Notes: generated by a model not told the origin, from the sequence alone. Shown: positions 33,767 to 44,001, numbered from the stretch's first letter. The stretch is 64,000 nucleotides of DNA from an uncultured Pseudomonadota bacterium (GCA_903921325.1 CAIXPL010000016.1:469145-533144); one strand, 5' to 3'. Program-made: numbers and translations.

Positions 33767-35391
33767 GCGGCACCTCTGACTGTATCGATAATGCGCTGCG
33801 GCTCGACCGGTAGCGCGTCGGCGCGCCAGGCGACATGACCATCGGGCCGCACCAGCACCAGGCGGCGCTCGTACAGTCGAGCGATGGCGGGGTCCTCGAT
33901 GCCGTGCACGGCAAGCGGCATGCCGCATTGGCGAGCAGCGGCGAGCAAGGGTTCCGCATCGGGGGCATCAGCGCCAAAGCGCAGCAGCGCGAACCCTTCG
34001 CCGAACAGATCGAGCGTTGAGCGGCCCGGTGCGAGCCAGGCATGCGGTGCGCGGTGCCCTGGCCGGGCGGTGGGCAAGTAGCGAATCGGATCATCGGGGC
34101 TCGTCGGTGTGCCATCGCGCACGACCAGGGGCGATTCGTCATAGCGATAGCCCAGCACCACGCCGAGGGTTTCCCATTCTCCGCGCGTGTTGCGATCGAA
34201 TTCTTCGCCCAGCGCTGCGCGTCGGGCCACACCGGCCGGCCCCTCGTCGAGCACATCGGTGTAATCAAGCGCCGGTGCGAAATTGGAGAAATTGTGGGCC
34301 GCGGCGTTCACGGCACGCCAGGCGACCGGCTGGCGCTCGGTGCCGTAGTGTGCAAGCAGCCCCGGTCCGCCCCAGCCTTGCTCGGTGGCGGCGATCTTCC
34401 AACCAAGGTCAATGGCATCGGCAATGCCGGTGTTCATGCCATAGCCCCCATTGGGTGCGGTGACATGCGCGGCATCGCCTGCCAGGAATATGCGTTGGGA
34501 CTGAAACTGCGCGGCCACCAGGCGGCTGCGCCGCCAGGGCGTGACTGCATCGATTTCATAGGGAATCGAATCATCGCCCAGGCAGCGGCGCATCGCGGCA
34601 TGAGCATCGAAATCATCGGCCTCGACGCGGTCGCGCGCACCCGTGACGGTCAGGCGCCAATAGGCATCGCCATCGACCACGGTGAGATTGCCCCAGGTGC
34701 CCTCCGGACCGATCAGCATATAGCGCTCGGCAGGCCCCATCTTGTGGCGTGCCACCAGGCCCGGTGAACGAAAGTAAATGCCGGTCGAGTAGCTGAGCAC
34801 CTCACCCTGGAATTTGATGTCCATGGCACGGCGTATGCCGCTGCCCGCACCGTCGCAGGCAATCGCATAGCGAGCGCGAATCTCGATCGGGTGGCCATCG
34901 CGCAGATCGCGCGCGATGGCGCTCACGCCCTGTGCATCCTCTTTCAACCCTTCGAGCTCGCACTCATAGCGCAGGGTCACGCGCGGTTCGTGCTCGCGGA
35001 CTGCCTTGGCGAGCAGCGGGTCAAACCACAGTTGCGGGCAGCGTTGGCGCCGCTCGGGGCTCTCTGGCGGGATCGGCTCATTGCGCATGCTGGGGTAGGG
35101 CAGCATCTTGATCAGATGCCCGCCGAGGCTCGTGCAGAACACCTGATTGATCGGATAGTCGGGCGGAAACCCGCAGGCACGGACCCGATCGGCAATGCCC
35201 CAGCGACGACAAAACTCCATGGTGCGCACCGACACCAGTCCCATCTTGGACAGACGCACCACGCCATCGGTGCGCTCGACCAGAATGCAGTCGATGCCGC
35301 GCTGGGCCAGATCCATGGCACAGCTCAAGCCCACCGGGCCACCGCCCACGATAAGGATGGTGGATTCGAGACGTTCGGGGAGGGCTGGCAT
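33763..35391 (-). CDS. FAD-dependent aromatic monooxygenase (PheA/TfdB/MhpA-like)
   Basis: ILIVGGGPVGLSCAMDL dinucleotide fold and LAGDAAH motif. 542 aa. Confidence 0.8.
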   Translation of the reverse strand: MPALPERLESTILIVGGGPVGLSCAMDLAQRGIDCILVERTDGVVRLSKMGLVSVRTMEFCRRWGIADRVRACGFPPDYPINQVFCTSLGGHLIKMLPYPSMRNEPIPPESPERRQRCPQLWFDPLLAKAVREHEPRVTLRYECELEGLKEDAQGVSAIARDLRDGHPIEIRARYAIACDGAGSGIRRAMDIKFQGEVLSYSTGIYFRSPGLVARHKMGPAERYMLIGPEGTWGNLTVVDGDAYWRLTVTGARDRVEADDFDAHAAMRRCLGDDSIPYEIDAVTPWRRSRLVAAQFQSQRIFLAGDAAHVTAPNGGYGMNTGIADAIDLGWKIAATEQGWGGPGLLAHYGTERQPVAWRAVNAAAHNFSNFAPALDYTDVLDEGPAGVARRAALGEEFDRNTRGEWETLGVVLGYRYDESPLVVRDGTPTSPDDPIRYLPTARPGHRAPHAWLAPGRSTLDLFGEGFALLRFGADAPDAEPLLAAARQCGMPLAVHGIEDPAIARLYERRLVLVRPDGHVAWRADALPVEPQRIIDTVRGAA

Positions 35392-35448
35392 TGCTATGTC
35401 GTTCCTGGCAAAAAAAGGCGTTGAGCGGTCGCTCAGGGTGGCAATCGG

Positions 35449-36609
35449 TTAGCGCGGCAGCATCCAGCGGCCGTTGTTGACTTGGGCGATGTACAGTGAT
35501 TTCGCATCAAGGCCCATATGGTCGGTCGGGCTCATGGCGAAGATGCCGCTGCAGCCCACCACGCCGCGGGTCTTCTCGAGCGCATCGCGCAGGGCTTCAC
35601 GAAATTCGCGCGTGCCGGGACGAGCCTTGGCGAGGGCCGCAGGCAAGGCCGCCTGCAGCAAGATGAGCGAGTCTTGTGTATAGGCAAGGAAGATATTGCG
35701 CGTGCCAGCGCCAAACTTGCCTTCGTATTGCGCAACCAGAGCACTTGCCACTGCCCGTACCGGGCTTGATTCGGGCAACTGATCGGCCACCAGCAGCGCG
35801 GCGACGGGCAGGTGCAGGCCTTCGGCCGCAGCCCCCGCGACGCGCAGGAAGTCGTTATTGGCCACGCCACCGGTGTGATACACCGCGCCCTTGTAGCCAC
35901 GTGCGACCAGTTCGAGCTGGGGTAGTGCGGCGGGGGTGCCCAGCGAGGCCACATACACCGCATCGGGTGAGGTGGAGAGCACATGCAGCACCTGGGCGGT
36001 CACGCTGGTATCAGCACGGTTGTAGCGCTCGATGCGCGTGAGTTCGACACCACGCGAGGCGCCCATGGCCTGCAGCGCCGCCAGGTAGCCCTCACCGGTG
36101 GCATCGGCCAGGCCGATGTAACCGACACGATGGATCTTGCGTGCGGCCATGTCATCGAGCGTTGCCTCGATCATTGCTGCATCGTTCTGCACGGTCTTGA
36201 ACACCCAGCGGCGTGCCTTGTCCATCGGACTGACAATGGCCAGGGCCGAGGCGAGCGAGATCATCGGGGTTGCCGTCTCCTCGGCCACCGGGATCATGGC
36301 AATCGAGTTGGGTGAAGTCGATGAGCCGATGATGATGTCGACTTTTTCATCGCTGGTGAACTGGCGCGCGTTCTTGACCGCATTGCTGGGTTCAGACCCG
36401 TCATCGAGCACGATGTATTGCACCGGCTGCCCTGCCAGGGTGGTCGGCCACAGGCTGATCAGGTTGCGCTCGATGGAGCCGATCGAGGCGGCACCGCCGG
36501 TGGACGAGAGGGTGATGCCGACCTTGATTTGCGCGAGCGCCGTAGTGCTCATGACGCCCAGCAGCAGGGCACAGGCGGGTAGCGCAGTCCATCGGGTCCA
36601 TCGGGCCAT
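35449..36609 (-). CDS. ABC transporter substrate-binding protein (type 1 PBP, Leu/Ile/Val-like)
   Basis: Signal peptide and LivJ-like architecture. 386 aa. Confidence 0.8.
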   Translation of the reverse strand: MARWTRWTALPACALLLGVMSTTALAQIKVGITLSSTGGAASIGSIERNLISLWPTTLAGQPVQYIVLDDGSEPSNAVKNARQFTSDEKVDIIIGSSTSPNSIAMIPVAEETATPMISLASALAIVSPMDKARRWVFKTVQNDAAMIEATLDDMAARKIHRVGYIGLADATGEGYLAALQAMGASRGVELTRIERYNRADTSVTAQVLHVLSTSPDAVYVASLGTPAALPQLELVARGYKGAVYHTGGVANNDFLRVAGAAAEGLHLPVAALLVADQLPESSPVRAVASALVAQYEGKFGAGTRNIFLAYTQDSLILLQAALPAALAKARPGTREFREALRDALEKTRGVVGCSGIFAMSPTDHMGLDAKSLYIAQVNNGRWMLPR

Positions 36610-36771
36610 GTTTGTCTCCAGGAGTTGTTCTATTTTCTTAAAATGCTTGGACTGCTGCTTTCGTGCCGTTCTGCTTCTATTCGGTGCCGCTTGCGTTCGA
36701 CGCCGTTCTACTTTTGCGTCTCATTGCTGCGGCTTGGTATTCCTTTAGTGCGATTCGGCGCCACTAATGTG

Positions 36772-37791
36772 TTACTTCGCTGCTGGCTTCATGACCGCCT
36801 CGAGCCCATCGCTCTTGATCGGACCGGGCCGGTAAGGTTCTTCAAGCAGTGCGCAGTCCTCGGGGCTCAAGTGCACATCAAGGGCGGCGACCGCCTCATC
36901 CAGATGATGGGGTTCGAGCGCACCGACCAGTACGGTGCTCACCTGCGGGTGCTTAAGTACCCAGGCCAATGCCACCCGGCCCGGCGGCAGTCCAAGCCGG
37001 GCCGCGATTTCGAGCAGACGTTCGCGCACGGCCTGATCGGCGCTCGATCCGTAGATCAATTTCGCCTTGGCATCGCGATCAACCCGCGTGCGCTCGCGTT
37101 CGGTGAGTGACACGCCGGCCCCGTCGCCATTCACCAGCCAGCCGCGCGCGAGCGGGCTGAACACCATCACGCCGATGCCCTCCAGGCTGCAAAAGGGCAG
37201 CATGTCGCGCTCTTCTTCGCGATAGGCGAGGTTGTACTGCAGCTGCATGGTGGTGAAGCCTGAGCGCTCGCCGCGGCGTGCCAGGTGTTGCGCCTGCGCC
37301 AGTTGCCAGGTCATGTAGTTGGATGCACCGAAATGCAGGATCTTGCCGGCCCGCACCAGGTCTTGCAGCGCGTCGACGGTTTCTTCCACCGGGGTGCTGC
37401 CATCCCAGACATGCATCAGGTACAGATCGAGATAATCAACACCGATCCGCGCAAGCGATGCGTCGATACTCGCGCGGATGTGCTTGCGCGAACCACCCCG
37501 GGCATTGGGCGTGCGGTTCATCGGCAAACCACACTTGGAGGAGATCACCAGGTCTTCGCGGGGCACCAGACCTTTGATCGCCTCACCAAGCGCGAGTTCG
37601 CTCTCGCCGATGGAGTAGAAATCAGCGGTGTCAAAGAAATTGATGCCGTGATCGAGGGCCTGCTTCACGAAGCCGCGCGCTTCGCGGCGATCGAGTACCC
37701 AGGGCTGCCATTGGCGTGAGCCATAGGACATCATGCCAAGGCAGAGCGCCGAGACCGACAGACCACTGTTGCCCAGCTTGCGATACATCAT
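36772..37791 (-). CDS. aldo/keto reductase
   Basis: YRKLGNSGLSVSALCLG and INFFDTADFY motifs. Confidence 0.85.
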   Translation of the reverse strand: MMYRKLGNSGLSVSALCLGMMSYGSRQWQPWVLDRREARGFVKQALDHGINFFDTADFYSIGESELALGEAIKGLVPREDLVISSKCGLPMNRTPNARGGSRKHIRASIDASLARIGVDYLDLYLMHVWDGSTPVEETVDALQDLVRAGKILHFGASNYMTWQLAQAQHLARRGERSGFTTMQLQYNLAYREEERDMLPFCSLEGIGVMVFSPLARGWLVNGDGAGVSLTERERTRVDRDAKAKLIYGSSADQAVRERLLEIAARLGLPPGRVALAWVLKHPQVSTVLVGALEPHHLDEAVAALDVHLSPEDCALLEEPYRPGPIKSDGLEAVMKPAAK

Positions 37792-38834
37792 GCTGTGGTG
37801 CGCTCCTTGCTCATCAGGCCGGCCATGATGCGTTTGTAGCGCTCCACGCCAATATCACTTTCGAGGATCACGGCCTTGAGCGGCTCATCCGCCTCGGCAA
37901 TCCGGTGCTGCTGCGCGCGGATCATCACCTGATCCTGATCTTCGAAGGCGTAGCGGCGCAGTTGCGCAATCTTGTCGCGTATTTCGGTATCGATGGGCTC
38001 GCCCCAGGTAATCGGGTTTTGTCGGACGGCGGCAAAGTGGTACCAGCAGGTGCTATCGGTCTCAGGGGTGAGAAAATGCATGCCAAAGATGCCGGTGCCT
38101 TGAGTGCGCGGTGCCCCGGGGTCGGTCACCCCGGTGTCGTTGATGAGGCATGCGGGCACCATCCAGCGGATATCGGCCCAGTAGTCGACGCGGCGACCGT
38201 CACGGCGGTACATCAGATCGAAGAACCCGGGGATGGGCACATCAGGCGAGAAGCGTCCCACCTTGACGCTGCTTGGGGTTGCCTCGAAGGTGATCTGCGC
38301 CCCGATGGTTTCTTCGTTGCCAAGGATGCCCTCATGCAGGAACGAGGTGTGGCTCAGGTCCATGAGGTTGTCCACGATCAGGTCGTAGCTTGCCTCCATG
38401 CGCAGCCAGTCGCGCCGGCTCACCTCGTGGCCGGAATTCTCACCGAGCATGCTGAAATCCGGAACCGCAGCTGGATCAGCCGGCTGGTCGCCCATCCAGA
38501 TCCAGATGGCCGAGTGGCGCTCGATCACCGGATAGCTGCGCACGTTGGACGCAGGCGGTATGCGCTGATGGCCGTGCGGGTTTTTGACGCAGGCACCACT
38601 CGCATCGAATTGCAGGCCGTGATAGCCGCACTTGATCTGGCAACCATCGACGACCTTGCCGAGGCTTAACGGAGCGAAGCGGTGCGGGCAGCGATCCTTG
38701 AGGGCACCGAGGGTGCCATCCTCGCCGCGAAACAGCACGACTGGTTCATTCAACAGGCGTCGCCCGATGACCTGACCCGGCGCAAGATCCTGGGACCACA
38801 TCGCGACATACCATGTGTTGCGAAGGTATTCCAC
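37788..38834 (-). CDS. Rieske non-haem iron oxygenase, VanA/phthalate-family type
   Basis: CPHRFAPLSLG...CGYHGLQF Rieske motif. 348 aa. Confidence 0.8.
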   Translation of the reverse strand: MEYLRNTWYVAMWSQDLAPGQVIGRRLLNEPVVLFRGEDGTLGALKDRCPHRFAPLSLGKVVDGCQIKCGYHGLQFDASGACVKNPHGHQRIPPASNVRSYPVIERHSAIWIWMGDQPADPAAVPDFSMLGENSGHEVSRRDWLRMEASYDLIVDNLMDLSHTSFLHEGILGNEETIGAQITFEATPSSVKVGRFSPDVPIPGFFDLMYRRDGRRVDYWADIRWMVPACLINDTGVTDPGAPRTQGTGIFGMHFLTPETDSTCWYHFAAVRQNPITWGEPIDTEIRDKIAQLRRYAFEDQDQVMIRAQQHRIAEADEPLKAVILESDIGVERYKRIMAGLMSKERTTA

Positions 38835-39078
38835 TGCCTCCTCCTGTCCGGTTGACTGATTTCATGGCCGGTTCTGATGTGCTTCGGTCACCTCGTTGCA
38901 CGATAAGCAGCGGCTGATCCGGAGAAGGTCTAGTCTAGCGCTAAATCCCGTGTTGATCGCGCGGGAATTCGCTCGTACGGAACAGGGAGTTGAGAGGCGT
39001 GAACTATGGCTGGCCATACGGGCGCTGGCAGTGAACACGGTGCCCTGCGCGAGAGGTGCGCTCGCAAAGGTCAAACGG

Positions 39079-39462
39079 CTATTTGAGCAGCTGCACTCCG
39101 TCTAGCTTGCCTAACTGTCGATCAAAGGTCGCCAACGGGCGATGACCCGCTTTTCGGGCGATTTCCAGAAGCATGCAATCGGAGAAATCAACACCGCGAT
39201 GGGTTCGGAACTGACCGAGTGCGGTTAACACGACTTCACTTTCCTGCACGGAAATGCTTGTGTGATTCAGCAGCATCTCAACGCAGGTCCCGATGGCCTC
39301 GTGGGACATATCGAATACCGACTCCAGGACCCAGACACATTCGACCAGGACAAGATGCGAAATCCATGCCCCGCCCGCAACGGCGTCCTCGGCAAGCCGG
39401 ACTTGAGCCTCATCGTCACGCGCAATCAGTCGGACCAGAAGGTTCGTATCAATCGCGAGCAC
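39079..39462 (-). CDS. vapC: PIN-domain toxin VapC
   Basis: MLAIDTNLLV start, conserved acidic residues and C-terminal ATFD. It overlaps the antitoxin gene by 14 nt. Confidence 0.85.
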   Translation of the reverse strand: MLAIDTNLLVRLIARDDEAQVRLAEDAVAGGAWISHLVLVECVWVLESVFDMSHEAIGTCVEMLLNHTSISVQESEVVLTALGQFRTHRGVDFSDCMLLEIARKAGHRPLATFDRQLGKLDGVQLLK

Positions 39463-39706
39463 GTCGCCACCGGATCGATGCCCGCAGGGCGGATTTCACG
39501 TCGATGGGCTTTGTTGTTGATCCGTTTGGGAACAGCGCCTCGTGGATTTCGGCGGACGTAAAACGTCCTGACCGACTGACTGTCAATGCCCCGTCCTTCT
39601 CGCCCCACTCTATGACCGAGCCTGGGGCTAGTCCGAGGCGTTTACGAATTTCGACAGGGACGGATATTTGCCCCTGGGCGGTCAGCTTTGAAAGCGCGAT
39701 AACCAT
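39449..39706 (-). CDS. vapB: AbrB/SpoVT-family antitoxin VapB
   Basis: 85 aa with the swapped-hairpin motif LTAQGQISVPVEIRKRLGL. Confidence 0.8.
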   Translation of the reverse strand: MVIALSKLTAQGQISVPVEIRKRLGLAPGSVIEWGEKDGALTVSRSGRFTSAEIHEALFPNGSTTKPIDVKSALRASIRWRRARD

Positions 39707-39714
39707 GTCGTTTA

Positions 39715-39728
39715 ATTACCACGGTAAT
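39715..39728. promoter_or_regulatory. perfect palindrome ATTACC-ac-GGTAAT immediately upstream of vapB (candidate operator)
   Basis: Lies 9-22 nt upstream of the vapB ATG. Type II TA operons are typically autoregulated at such palindromes. Confidence 0.3.
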
Positions 39729-39862
39729 GGAATGGGCATAGTCTAGCAGGCCAAAGCATTTTTGTGATCTCGCGAATTGCCTTTGGCGCTGGGCGCCTTG
39801 CCGTGACCTTGCCTGGGTGGGTCACTGCGCCGATGAAAGCGCTTGGTTGCGCGCCAGTGGGT

Positions 39863-40762
39863 CTACGCGCGTCTGCCGCGCGCTGGCACCTGCACGATCA
39901 CGATGGCGGCGAGTACCAGCAGCGCGCCCAGAATCTGCAGTCCGGCGAGGTTTTCGTGAAAGATGATCGCGCTGCCCAGCACCACGGTCAGTGGTTCGAC
40001 ATTCATGAGGATGGCTGATTGGCTTGGGGGCACCCGCCCGACTGCCATGAAGAATCCGGTCACTGCGAGCGGGAAGGTGATGCATACCCCAACGAGCCCC
40101 ACCCACCCGAGCGTGCTCGCAGGCAAGACGAAGCTGCCGGTGACTGCGCACGCGACGAGATAAATCACATTGGCACTGGCGAGCATGTGCACGGTGCGCG
40201 GGCGCGAATCGCCGCGCGGAAAAATCCGGTCACTCAGAATAAAAATCGCCGTGAACCCGATCGCGCCACACGTGGCCGAGATCACCCCAGCCAGGGTGGG
40301 CTCGAGCGTGGTGCCACCACGCAGCGCCAGCGTGAGTCCGCCAAAGGCGAGGATGAGCGCGAGCAGCTTATTGACGGTCATCGGTTCGCGACCGTTCAGG
40401 CTCTGCGCGAGCGTGACCAGAATCGGATAGATGTAGAAGGTGAGGATGGCGAGCGGCCCGGGCATGTGCTCAAAGGCGTAGTACAGGCCAAAGGTATTGC
40501 TGATCAGCAATATCCCCATTGCCAAGGCACGCCAGCGCTGCTCGGGTGGCAGTCGCAACGACACCCCACTGAAGCGCAGAAATAAAATCAACCACGTCAT
40601 GGCGGCAAGTGTTCGCACCACCATGAGCGTGAGCGCATTGGTGCCCCCGCCATAGGCAAATTTGGCGAGCAGGGCGCCTGAGCCAAACATGAAGGCAACG
40701 CCCATCACGAACAGGCAGGCGCCCAGGCTTGGGCGCGCGGTCGATGTGCTGCGGGAACTCAC
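39863..40762 (-). CDS. EamA/DMT-family transporter
   Basis: 299 aa with about 10 TM segments and two EamA-like halves. Confidence 0.75.
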   Translation of the reverse strand: MSSRSTSTARPSLGACLFVMGVAFMFGSGALLAKFAYGGGTNALTLMVVRTLAAMTWLILFLRFSGVSLRLPPEQRWRALAMGILLISNTFGLYYAFEHMPGPLAILTFYIYPILVTLAQSLNGREPMTVNKLLALILAFGGLTLALRGGTTLEPTLAGVISATCGAIGFTAIFILSDRIFPRGDSRPRTVHMLASANVIYLVACAVTGSFVLPASTLGWVGLVGVCITFPLAVTGFFMAVGRVPPSQSAILMNVEPLTVVLGSAIIFHENLAGLQILGALLVLAAIVIVQVPARGRRA

Positions 40763-40768
40763 CAGCGC

Positions 40769-43018
40769 TTAACGCACGCAGTCCACAAAATACTCCGTGC
40801 CCGAGTCGCCCTGGGTGTCCACCAGCCCGTGAATGTCCGTCTCAAAGCCGGGGAACTGCGCATTGAAATCGCGGGCAAAGCGCAGGTAGTCGACGATTTT
40901 CTTGTTGAACCGTTCACCGGGCACGAGGAGCGGGATGCCCGGTGGGTAGGGGGTGAGCAGCACGGCGGTGATGCGCCCCTCCAGGTCATCAATCGGAATG
41001 CGATCGATGTCGCGGTGGGCCATGCGCGCAAACGCATCCGAGGGCTTCATCGCCGGCACCATGTCAGACAGGTACATCTCGGTGGTGAGCCGCGCCACAT
41101 CATTGGCGCGGTACATGCCATGGATCTGCTCGCACAGATCGCGCAAGCCCACCCGCTCATAGCGCGGATTGGCCGCGACAAACTCAGGCAGCACGCGCCA
41201 CATCGGTTGGTTGCGATCGTAGTCATCCTTGAACTGCTGCAGCGCGGTGAGTAGCGTATTCCAGCGGCCCTTGGTGATGCCTATGGTGAACATGATGAAG
41301 AAGGAGTAGAGCCCCGCCTTCTCCACGATAACCCCGTGCTCGGCCAGATACTTGGTGACGATCGAGGCCGGGATGCCGGTCTTGGCAAAGCGACCCTCGA
41401 CATCCAGCCCCGGGGTGATGACCGTGGCCTTGATCGGATCGAGCATATTGAACCCGCTCGCCAGATTGCCAAAGCCGTGCCAGTCTTCATTGGCACGCAA
41501 CATCCAGTCTTCGCGCGAGCCCACACCTTCTGGGGCAAGTGTCTCAGGCCCCCATACCTTGAACCACCAGTCACGGCCGAATTCATCGTCGACCTTGCGC
41601 ATGGCGCGACGGAAATCCAGGGCCTCGGCGATCGATTCTTCAACCAGTGCGGTGCCACCGGGGGGCTCCATCATCGCGGCGGCCACATCGCACGAGGCAA
41701 TGATGGCGTACTGCGGCGAGGTGGAACTGTGCATCAGGTAAGCCTCGTTGAACACATCGCGATCGAGCTTGCGTCGCTCGGAGTCCTGCACCAGGATCTG
41801 CGAGGCCTGTGACAGACCGGCGAGCAGCTTGTGCGTCGACTGGGTCGAGAAGATGAGCGGATCCTGCGAGCGCGGCCGATCGCGCCCGATCGCGTGCATA
41901 TCGCGATAGAAGTCGTGGAAGGTGGCATGCGGCAGCCAGGCTTCATCGAAGTGCAGCGTGTCGATGGTGTTGCCGAGCTTTTCTTTCAGCATCTCGACGT
42001 TGTAGAGCACCCCGTCATAGGTCGATTGCGTGATGGTGAGGATGCGCGGCTTTTTGTCCGCCGCGGCGCGGGCAAAAGGGTTGGCTTCGATTTTTTTCTG
42101 GATGTTCTCGGGACTGAATTCTTCCAGCGGAATCGGTCCGATGATGCCGTAGTGATTGCGCGTGGGCATCAGAAACACCGGGATCGCACCGGTCATGGTG
42201 ATCGCGTGCAGGATCGATTTGTGGCAATTGCGATCGACCACCACGATGTCCCCGGGGGCGACGCAGTAATGCCACACCATCTTGTTCGAGGTGGAAGTGC
42301 CATTGGTGACGAAGTAGCAGTGATCGGCACTGAAAATACGTGCCGCATTGCGCTCGGAGGCTGCCACCGGCCCGCTGTGATCGAGCAACTGGCCGAGCTC
42401 TTCCACCGCGTTGCAGACATCGGCACGCAGCATGTTCTCGCCAAAGAACTGGTGAAACATCTGCCCGATCGGGCTTTTCAGAAACGCCACGCCACCGGAG
42501 TGTCCCGGGCAATGCCACGAGTAGGAACCGTCCTGGGCGTATTCGGTGAGCGCGCGAAAAAACGGTGGCGCGAGCCCATCCAGATAGGCTTTTGCTTCAC
42601 GGATGATGTGGCGCGCGACAAACTCCGGCGTGTCCTCGAACATGTGAATGAAGCCGTGCAGCTCGCGCAGGATCTGATTCGGGATGTGGCGCGAGGTGCG
42701 CGTCTCGCCATACAGATAGATCGGAATGTCGGCGTTCTTGAAGCGGATTTCATCGACGAAGGCGTGCAGGCTTTTGAGGGCATTGGCAGTCTCGGCCGCC
42801 GAGCCTTCGCCAAACTCCTCGTCATCGATTGACAGAATGAAGGTGCTGGCGCGGCTTTGCTGCTGGGCGAATTGCGACAGATCACCGTAGCTGGTGACCC
42901 CGAGCACTTCCCAGCCTTCTTCTTCCAGGGCTTTGGCCAGTGCGCGAATGCCGAGGCCGCTTGCGTTCTCGGAACGAAAGTCCTCATCAATGATCACAAT
43001 CGGAAAACGAAATCGCAT
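40769..43018 (-). CDS. PLP-dependent Orn/Lys/Arg decarboxylase (large, wing-domain type)
   Basis: 749 aa with MRFRFPIVIIDEDF wing-domain start and the PLP lysine in STQSTHKLL. Confidence 0.9.
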   Translation of the reverse strand: MRFRFPIVIIDEDFRSENASGLGIRALAKALEEEGWEVLGVTSYGDLSQFAQQQSRASTFILSIDDEEFGEGSAAETANALKSLHAFVDEIRFKNADIPIYLYGETRTSRHIPNQILRELHGFIHMFEDTPEFVARHIIREAKAYLDGLAPPFFRALTEYAQDGSYSWHCPGHSGGVAFLKSPIGQMFHQFFGENMLRADVCNAVEELGQLLDHSGPVAASERNAARIFSADHCYFVTNGTSTSNKMVWHYCVAPGDIVVVDRNCHKSILHAITMTGAIPVFLMPTRNHYGIIGPIPLEEFSPENIQKKIEANPFARAAADKKPRILTITQSTYDGVLYNVEMLKEKLGNTIDTLHFDEAWLPHATFHDFYRDMHAIGRDRPRSQDPLIFSTQSTHKLLAGLSQASQILVQDSERRKLDRDVFNEAYLMHSSTSPQYAIIASCDVAAAMMEPPGGTALVEESIAEALDFRRAMRKVDDEFGRDWWFKVWGPETLAPEGVGSREDWMLRANEDWHGFGNLASGFNMLDPIKATVITPGLDVEGRFAKTGIPASIVTKYLAEHGVIVEKAGLYSFFIMFTIGITKGRWNTLLTALQQFKDDYDRNQPMWRVLPEFVAANPRYERVGLRDLCEQIHGMYRANDVARLTTEMYLSDMVPAMKPSDAFARMAHRDIDRIPIDDLEGRITAVLLTPYPPGIPLLVPGERFNKKIVDYLRFARDFNAQFPGFETDIHGLVDTQGDSGTEYFVDCVR

Positions 43019-43113
43019 GATGTCCTCAGCTAGGCAGGCAGGCGTGCTGCAATCGACCGGGGCAGGCGCCGGCGATCGATTGGCAGATCGATGGATGTAA
43101 AGGGGGCAGGCAG

Positions 43114-43142
43114 CGCACGCTCAAGGACATCTTGAGCGTGCG
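43114..43142. terminator. 12-bp perfect-stem hairpin (cgcacgctcaag-gacat-cttgagcgtgcg)
   Basis: Lies 58 nt downstream of the cupin gene stop and 96 nt upstream of the decarboxylase start (both minus strand). No U-tract follows. Confidence 0.3.
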
Positions 43143-43199
43143 ACGGTCGGTCCGGTGGGGGCGGTGGTTTCAAGCGCGTCAGGGCTCAACGCGCGGCAT

Positions 43200-43775
43200 T
43201 CATTGAGCGGGCCATACGCCAGCCTGCTCAAGGGCGGTCATGGATTCACGGGTAAATTCGGCGCGCGGTGCGTCGCCGCCGATGACAAACATGAGCACGG
43301 AATAGGCCGTGGGGTCATTGGCATCGTTGTTCACGTTCATGAACCGGCGTGAGGCACCGGCCGGAAACGAGACCACATCGAAGGGGCGCAGGTCGACATG
43401 CTCGATCTCGCCCTTCTCGTTCTCCCAGCTGCAGCGCCAGGTGCCGGTCATCGGAATGAAGGTCTCATTGGTGTCATGGTTATGCAGCATCGGTCCGTGG
43501 CCGGGCAGGGCGCGGCAATAGCCCAGATTGAACCCTTCGCGGATCTTGATCGCGGCCAGGCGCGAGGCATCGTCACCGACCGGCGAGGTGACCGCGCCGC
43601 CTTCGCCCTCCGGTGGCTGAAAACCGATCACGTTATAGAGAATGCGCTCGCTGCCGGGCATACGGCTATCGGGCAGACCACCATCGAATCCGACCAGGGT
43701 GTCAAAGCGCGCGATGCGTTTTGTCATCTCTTCGCGCGACACGCCGATGCGTGGCAGGGTTTCTTCAAAGGCCAT
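43200..43775 (-). CDS. cupin-domain protein
   Basis: Cupin metal motif GHGPMLHNHDTNETFIPMTG. The start is ATG 43775 (MAFEETL). Confidence 0.65.
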   Translation of the reverse strand: MAFEETLPRIGVSREEMTKRIARFDTLVGFDGGLPDSRMPGSERILYNVIGFQPPEGEGGAVTSPVGDDASRLAAIKIREGFNLGYCRALPGHGPMLHNHDTNETFIPMTGTWRCSWENEKGEIEHVDLRPFDVVSFPAGASRRFMNVNNDANDPTAYSVLMFVIGGDAPRAEFTRESMTALEQAGVWPAQ

Positions 43776-44001
43776 GGGCAAGATCTCCTCAGGCGCGCGC
43801 CGGGCTGGGATCGCTTCGCGCGGTCGCAATCATGGAGCAAAGGCGCGCTCGCGGGCAAGTGTTTCTATATGACAGTTTGACGCAATCCGGTCTGCGGGTT
43901 TCAGAGGCCCGGCGCACGGCGTTTTGCGATCGCGCCTGCCGCTGGCGTACCATCAGAGCGCAGCGGGCTACCGGCTGCGCGGCCGCACGGAGGAGACTGG
44001 C

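Noticed and set aside
37716-38669. 317-aa plus-strand ORF
   Set aside because: It is antisense to the VanA-like Rieske oxygenase gene and has no motifs.
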